Shown one piece after another: positions 58,994 to 64,000 of a DNA stretch of 64,000 nucleotides. Position 1 is the stretch's first letter; each line of letters opens with the position of its first letter. The stretch is taken from the NCBI RefSeq assembly GCF_964204645.1, contig NC_134025.1, forward strand, positions 9,238,001 through 9,302,000, read 5' to 3'. The notes under the pieces are model-generated. The model was not told where the DNA came from. It did no database searches and saw only the letters and a list, made by a program, of their open reading frames with translations. The position numbers and the translations under genes were made by a program. This stretch comes from Tubulanus polymorphus. Its lineage: Eukaryota > Animalia > Nemertea.

Positions 58994-61530
58994 TGAATAT
59001 TTGTTTTTTATCTGCTAGTCAAATATAAAATTCATGCATGTGTCTTGTATAAATATAAGCTGTGTACGTACACATGATGAATTCAGGGAATTCTTTTTCG
59101 TATAAGGTTTTGCATTTCAGAAGGAGCTGCAGCTTAGTATTAAGTCATCAGTTGATTTCGATGCTTGTGTAAACAACGTTCTCAGCTTAGTTCTGCACTT
59201 CATTCAATTTACCGAATTTGTCTACCTCGTTTCTATGACTTGTTTTTATGTCTTTCCTAATGAGTCCTGATACTTTGATGAATATTTGATGACGGATTTA
59301 GCGACGAAATTGGCAGGCCCTGGCGCTGAATAAATTGTCAACTTTTTTTATCTCCTCTATCTGATGACATGTCTATGATGTTATGGAGGCCTAATGCAGT
59401 TTTTCTTTTTATTTTTGTCAGGCAATTTCCGTGCTGGCGACCAAGGAACAATTTTGAAGAAGTTGTGTTCTCGCGAACAGAAATGTCTAGATAAACTTAT
59501 GAAAGACATTTTACGTCCCTACGTGCCGGAATATAAGGGTGAAGTTATCAAAGACGAAGAAAGTATCCTTTAACAGTGAAATTGCGGATCCTTGCATAGG
59601 CACAGTCCTGGGGCTGGTTTTATAGACTGGTAATACGTTTAACCCCGGGGCTAACTTCTGTCATTTTCAATTTAGTTAGCCCCAGGGTTAAAGGTAATAG
59701 CGGTCATAATAAAACCGGCCCCAAGAGTTTACACCTATTGACAACTATAGGACTATAGGTTGAATTAACCCACCGTGGATGGATTAAGTTACGACTGATC
59801 TATAAACAGCCAGCCCTTGGTATTTACAGAGTTCGCGTTTTTCGCCGTGAAATGTGTTTCAAAGAGTAATTTTCAATCCAGTGGAGTGAGTAACAGGATT
59901 CCTAATGCAATTTATAGAGATCTCCTCCAGCATTATCATCAGTAGATTTCCGTGTTCGCCGAACAATTGACCTCGAGCATTCTGAGATATCAGGGGAGAA
60001 TTATCGCATGAATAAATCAAATGATGTAAAATGTAGCTGTCATTTCCAAAATATCTAACGTCAAGATCTTCTCGGCAATAAATCGTTAGCGACATGTTTC
60101 ATGCCGTTATTTTCTGTCGCCGATAACCTATTCCGGTCAACGGCGTTCAAGGGTATTTCTGCGGATTTTCTGAGAACAATGTTTTGCGTATAGAGTTTCC
60201 TTGACCGAATTGTACTAGAATATATACAAATGCAGGATCTACTCTGCGAGTTTGACTCTCCTTGCGTCATGGACTGCAAGATCGGAGTACGCACCTACCT
60301 CGAAGAAGAATTACAAAAAGCCAGAAAAAATCCACAGTTGCGAAAGGTAACAGATCATAAACCAGAGGAGAACCTAATCAGTGGCCTCGGGGAAGGGGGG
60401 AGCTTATTTTGCTTATCTCGGCGGAATTTATTCTTGGAATTGCAATATATTACGCGCACTGAAGCTTTGTTGTAAGTAACTCTGATTTGGACCGTGATAT
60501 GATAATTTGGTTATTTCACTTCTTACTGAATATTGAATGAACTAACCAATATAATGAACATATATTCTGATGCTCGGAAGTATTGAAGTGTTCGATGCTC
60601 GAGGGTTTAACTTTATTTAACTTGATAATACTGCAAGTACAAAAACATCTGCTGCAAAAAATATTGTATTTCATAAGTTTTCATAGCGATTGTATTCATA
60701 CGTACTTTATCCTTGAGCTCTAGGCGTTGAAATTGATTCAATATCAATTATGCCTGTTATCAAAAATTCATAATACGGGTAACTAGTCTTTATGAATTTT
60801 TGCTGTTATATATAGCCCAGACACGGATAAAAACTGGACTAAACTCAATTCTAAAGCTTACCTTCGCTCGTGTTGGTTGTATCATTTAACAAACGTGAGA
60901 CCAGGTCCAAAATCAACCCTATTATGCAGTATGAAAGAGTATAAAAGTGGCAGTAGTAGTATGGTTTCAGCAAAAATAAACCTGGGTTCCTGCCATAGAA
61001 ATGCTAAACACTGTACTGAAATCAGTCTTCAGCGTTGATCTCAAAGTAGGGATTGTTAATTATTTGTTTGGTCGATTTCGTTTGATTTGTTCCAATTTAG
61101 TGCGAAACAGGGTGTTTAATTTTGAAATTGGAAATCGAAGTACAGATGTAGTTGTGTAAACGGCGGTCGAATTTACAGAACTTGTTGTATAAATTGAAAT
61201 ACTTAATACATACATAATTGGAAATTTCGGTTCCAGTTCATTCAAACAATCTTCGCTTCAGCATTAGAAACGGGGTTCATATTGTTTATCAGTCGCGTCT
61301 GAAAATTTGTTCATGATCTACCAATTACATTTAACTAAACACTGAATCTAGAAAATGTTTTCTAAATTCAATGTTTTTAGGATATGTACGATAAGATGAT
61401 AGAGATCGACCCTAATGAACCGACTGAAGACGAACACAAAAACCAAGGCATCACGAAACCGCGTTACATGCAGTGGCGCGAAACGATAAGTTCGACAGCT
61501 AGTCTGGGATTCCGTATCGAGGGGATCAAG
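48399..61530 (+). CDS. ITPKB: Inositol-trisphosphate 3-kinase (ITPKA/B/C family), long isoform; 3' exons beyond the window
   Basis: Exons 48399-49874 (disordered N-term), 57046-57148 ([33 protein letters not shown]), 59422-59562 ([20 protein letters not shown]), 60219-60346 ([22 protein letters not shown]), 61381-61530 ([32 protein letters not shown]). Paralog identity not resolvable; linkage of the first exon is inferred from splice phase. Confidence 0.92.
50194..50287. mobile_element. Short palindromic MITE, family shared with 59610-59722
   Basis: GGCCCGGTTTTATAGATTGGTATTACCTTTAACCCAGGGGCTAA...TTAACCCCTGGGTTCAAGGTAAAACCAGTCTATAAAACTGGGCC forms a near-perfect hairpin. Confidence 0.75.
52444..52483. 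repeat. (TA)n microsatellite
   Basis: Directly visible. Confidence 0.9.
53645..53896 (+). CDS. Alternative first (or cassette) coding exon of the IP3 3-kinase
   Basis: ATG in good context (atcATGg), 84 codons with coding-like composition and a CECDAC motif, ending KTIRK|gtacga in phase 0, compatible with the acceptor at 57046. Confidence 0.65.
55897..55991. repeat. (TA)n microsatellite, about 95 bp
   Basis: Directly visible; explains the YIYIYI ORF. Confidence 0.95.
57239..57267. repeat. (CT)n microsatellite
   Basis: Directly visible. Confidence 0.85.
58914..58994. repeat. (TA)n microsatellite
   Basis: Directly visible. Confidence 0.95.
59563..60218 (+). other. U12-type GT-AG intron in the IP3 3-kinase gene
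   Basis: 5' GTATCCTTT, branch TTTCCTTGAC at 60196-60205, 3' AG 13 nt later with no polypyrimidine tract; splicing gives [12 protein letters not shown] in frame. Confidence 0.9.
59610..59722. mobile_element. Short palindromic MITE inside the U12 intron
   Basis: GGGGCTGGTTTTATAGACTGGTAATACGTTTAACCCCGGGGCTAAC...GTTAGCCCCAGGGTTAAAGGTAATAGC..ATAAAACCGGCCCC; homologous to 50194-50287. Confidence 0.75.
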
Positions 61531-61693
61531 GTGAGTACAGCACGACGTCAGTACAGGCTGATTGGATTTGCATCGCGGTAGCGTCTTCTTTTCTATCTCT
61601 TGTCTCCCGTTAAAAGGAATCAAACCGCGACCGAAACTTCAGCTTAGGGCGACGCATAAAAACTTGCGCGGCATAAAACATAGCCTACTGGTA

Positions 61694-61718
61694 CATCATC
61701 ATCATCATCATCATCATC
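61694..61718. repeat. (CAT)n microsatellite
   Basis: Directly visible; explains the poly-His ORF. Confidence 0.85.
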
Positions 61719-63023
61719 GCCTGGCATTTCTATCCAGAGATTATATACTGGCATGTCTGTTTTTGACATCGCGATTACCATTTTAGAAAAAGCATCCATC
61801 TATTATTACATTTTCTAGAATACAGGAAAATAATCATGCGCTGAATTAAGCTTCGAAAACTGATCCGTATTGTGATTATTATCTTCATTAGGCAATGCTT
61901 CAAAATTTTCAAAATCATCCGTTTTCAATTTCATTTACGAAACTGAGAAGAAAGGAGAAGAATTTAATGATATTTCTTCATTAGAATTAAGGCCATTCTA
62001 GTTGAATCGGGCATTTTCACTTACTGTAATATCATACCAGCTCGTATGCTGGAAGACTAACGAAGGGTATTCGTTTCATTCTAAGGCAGACGTCGTGATG
62101 ATGTGGAACGAAATCAATTCAGATTTGGCCGACGAACAATCGATAGGTATTCACATCAGAAAAGATCACGCGGGGAGTGTGTGTGCGCGTCGGATCAAAT
62201 GATTTTTCCCCCTCCCTCTTTTACCCGTTTAGATTTACGTCTCCAGCTGCACCTTCAAACGTCGAGCGAGCGCACAACGACGAGTCTGATTGATAATATG
62301 GATTGAAACATGCACCGAGAGAATGCCGCGCAAGATGACAATCATTGCAAAAACATCCCTTTCCTTTTTGAAGAAATTTCCTCGTCAATATAAATAACGC
62401 GAAACATCGACATCTGTTCGATAGCTCGGTTTTTCATTCGTGCTCCACGATTCTGTACAGATGTTTTACCTGCCAGCATTTCACAGATTGTTTCCCAGTT
62501 AGCCCATCCTTTATACTATACTAGGCGCGAAGTCAAACTACGGCTCCTCGCCAAAATCTGATGATGATGTTACCATGCCGCTCTATCGTATTAGTCCGGA
62601 TATACAGTGAACCCGCGATATGCCGCCCTCCCATATACCGCCACCCCCGCATACCACCAGGTTTTCTCAATGTACATCTCAATACAAATACATAGTAAAA
62701 CACCCCCGTGACTGTACATGATGAAATTTTTTCTAAAAGAATCGCGTCGATTTTTCTTACGAAATGAAAAAGAAATTCTGCTATTGTTATTTCATATTGC
62801 TTGTATTTACTTGTAGTGCTATAACAACGCAGAGGTATGTACCGGTTACGTGATGACGATGATAGGGAACGAGCATCATTCTGTCCATCATTTTTTTCTT
62901 GCCTGCTATATATTTCTCATACCCGTCTTCTCTCATTCATCCGTGTTCTCTCTTACAATCTCTAAATACCGTAATATATATATATACATATTATACTAGC
63001 GACATAAGTTCTCGTTATCGATA

Positions 63024-63532
63024 CGAGGGTTGATCAACTTTGCGCAACGACTGAAAAATGATACGAGAAGTGGGATTAAATTTTCACTTCGCGCTGCACA
63101 GCTGCCAATCGTCAATCATTTTTTGGCGCCGTAGAAATTGTTGCAGCAATGTTCATATACATTGATAACTATCATAGGTTATGTACTGATGTAAGGGGTT
63201 TGCATGAGTCCATGTGCACTACGTCATCAACATTGGCGTATATTGTGATTAGATATATTTCATAACTCATATTTTATTGTTGATAATTTCTAATAATTAT
63301 TTTTTCACAAGATGTCAAATATATATCGAGGCTAGTCTATTTGCCATGCAATTGTCGATATATTCAAATGCAATAGTACATTATTGATCCCTAATATAAT
63401 ATAATTCATATTATATTATTTGTTTATTGCCGACAATATTAAGCCATATACTGTACATATTATTTTTCAAGGCTTCAATAAACCTTCGCATTTATTTTCT
63501 TGTTATATATCGCCAATTTTGATCAACCCTCG
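63024..63532. mobile_element. Mariner-like MITE, about 510 bp
   Basis: TIR (TA)CGAGGGTTGATCAA / TTGATCAACCCTCG; left TA intact, right flank TC; no ORF. Confidence 0.7.
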
Positions 63533-64000
63533 TCTGAAATCCTGTGCACATTTATTAATTGATGATGAAATGCTTATTTATATATATTAGCATTACTGAA
63601 TGTGCTGGGTATGTAACATTAACTTAGCGATGTTAGTCGTTAAAAACAAATTCACATTAATCATAGTTGTGACATCGTTTCTAGGGCAGAGTACAATCCA
63701 AGTTCTTATGCTATTGTAGCACCTATTTTCAGTCCTATTTCATTAATTTTGACGATTTAATCATTCGAGCTTATTATTTTTTCTTATATGAATAAATTTC
63801 GCAGAACTTTTACTATTGTTGGTAGATCTCCGTCGTTGATTTTGATTATATCAATGAAAATATAGATTTTATTTGTAAGCTTCATTCTGATTTTTCTTTG
63901 ATGCATGATTGGATATTGAGCCGATGAACCGACTAAGCCAGTGCCCGTTTTATTCGAAGTTGCAAAATTCACTGTTAGTCTTAGTTAGAACTGAGCCACT

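Overview
Eukaryotic, intron-rich, AT-rich genomic DNA from a compact invertebrate genome (lophotrochozoan-like by gene and repeat content; species not determinable). I reconstructed eight spliced protein-coding genes by hand: the 3' part of a neurobeachin-like BEACH gene (+, ending 8739, with a 3951-nt exon), AMD1/SAM decarboxylase (+, 10096-14959), CLYBL (-, 17555-18947), a SPATA2/tamozhennic-like PUB-domain gene (-, 20674-23806), a Bcl-G/BCL2L14-like Bcl-2 family gene (+, 27427-30329), a CXorf65/C22orf15-like gene (-, 33367-37099), a macro-like domain plus 3 tandem TIR gene (+, 38438-43115) and an inositol-trisphosphate 3-kinase (+, from 48399, running off the window). Non-autonomous Helentron-like (HINE) copies, several TIR MITEs and microsatellites are interspersed. 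Most notable: (1) AMD1 has a 117-codon open in-frame extension directly after its TGA stop, resembling the vertebrate readthrough 'AMD1 tail', plus a candidate ACG-initiated uORF and an AT-AC minor intron; (2) a fully intronized animal macro-TIR-TIR-TIR protein whose TIR domains keep the catalytic Glu, a domain pairing reminiscent of bacterial Thoeris NAD signalling; (3) a second U12 intron in the IP3 kinase; (4) a giant exon in NBEAL suggesting block intron loss. All calls come from manual translation and motif recognition; no searches were run.
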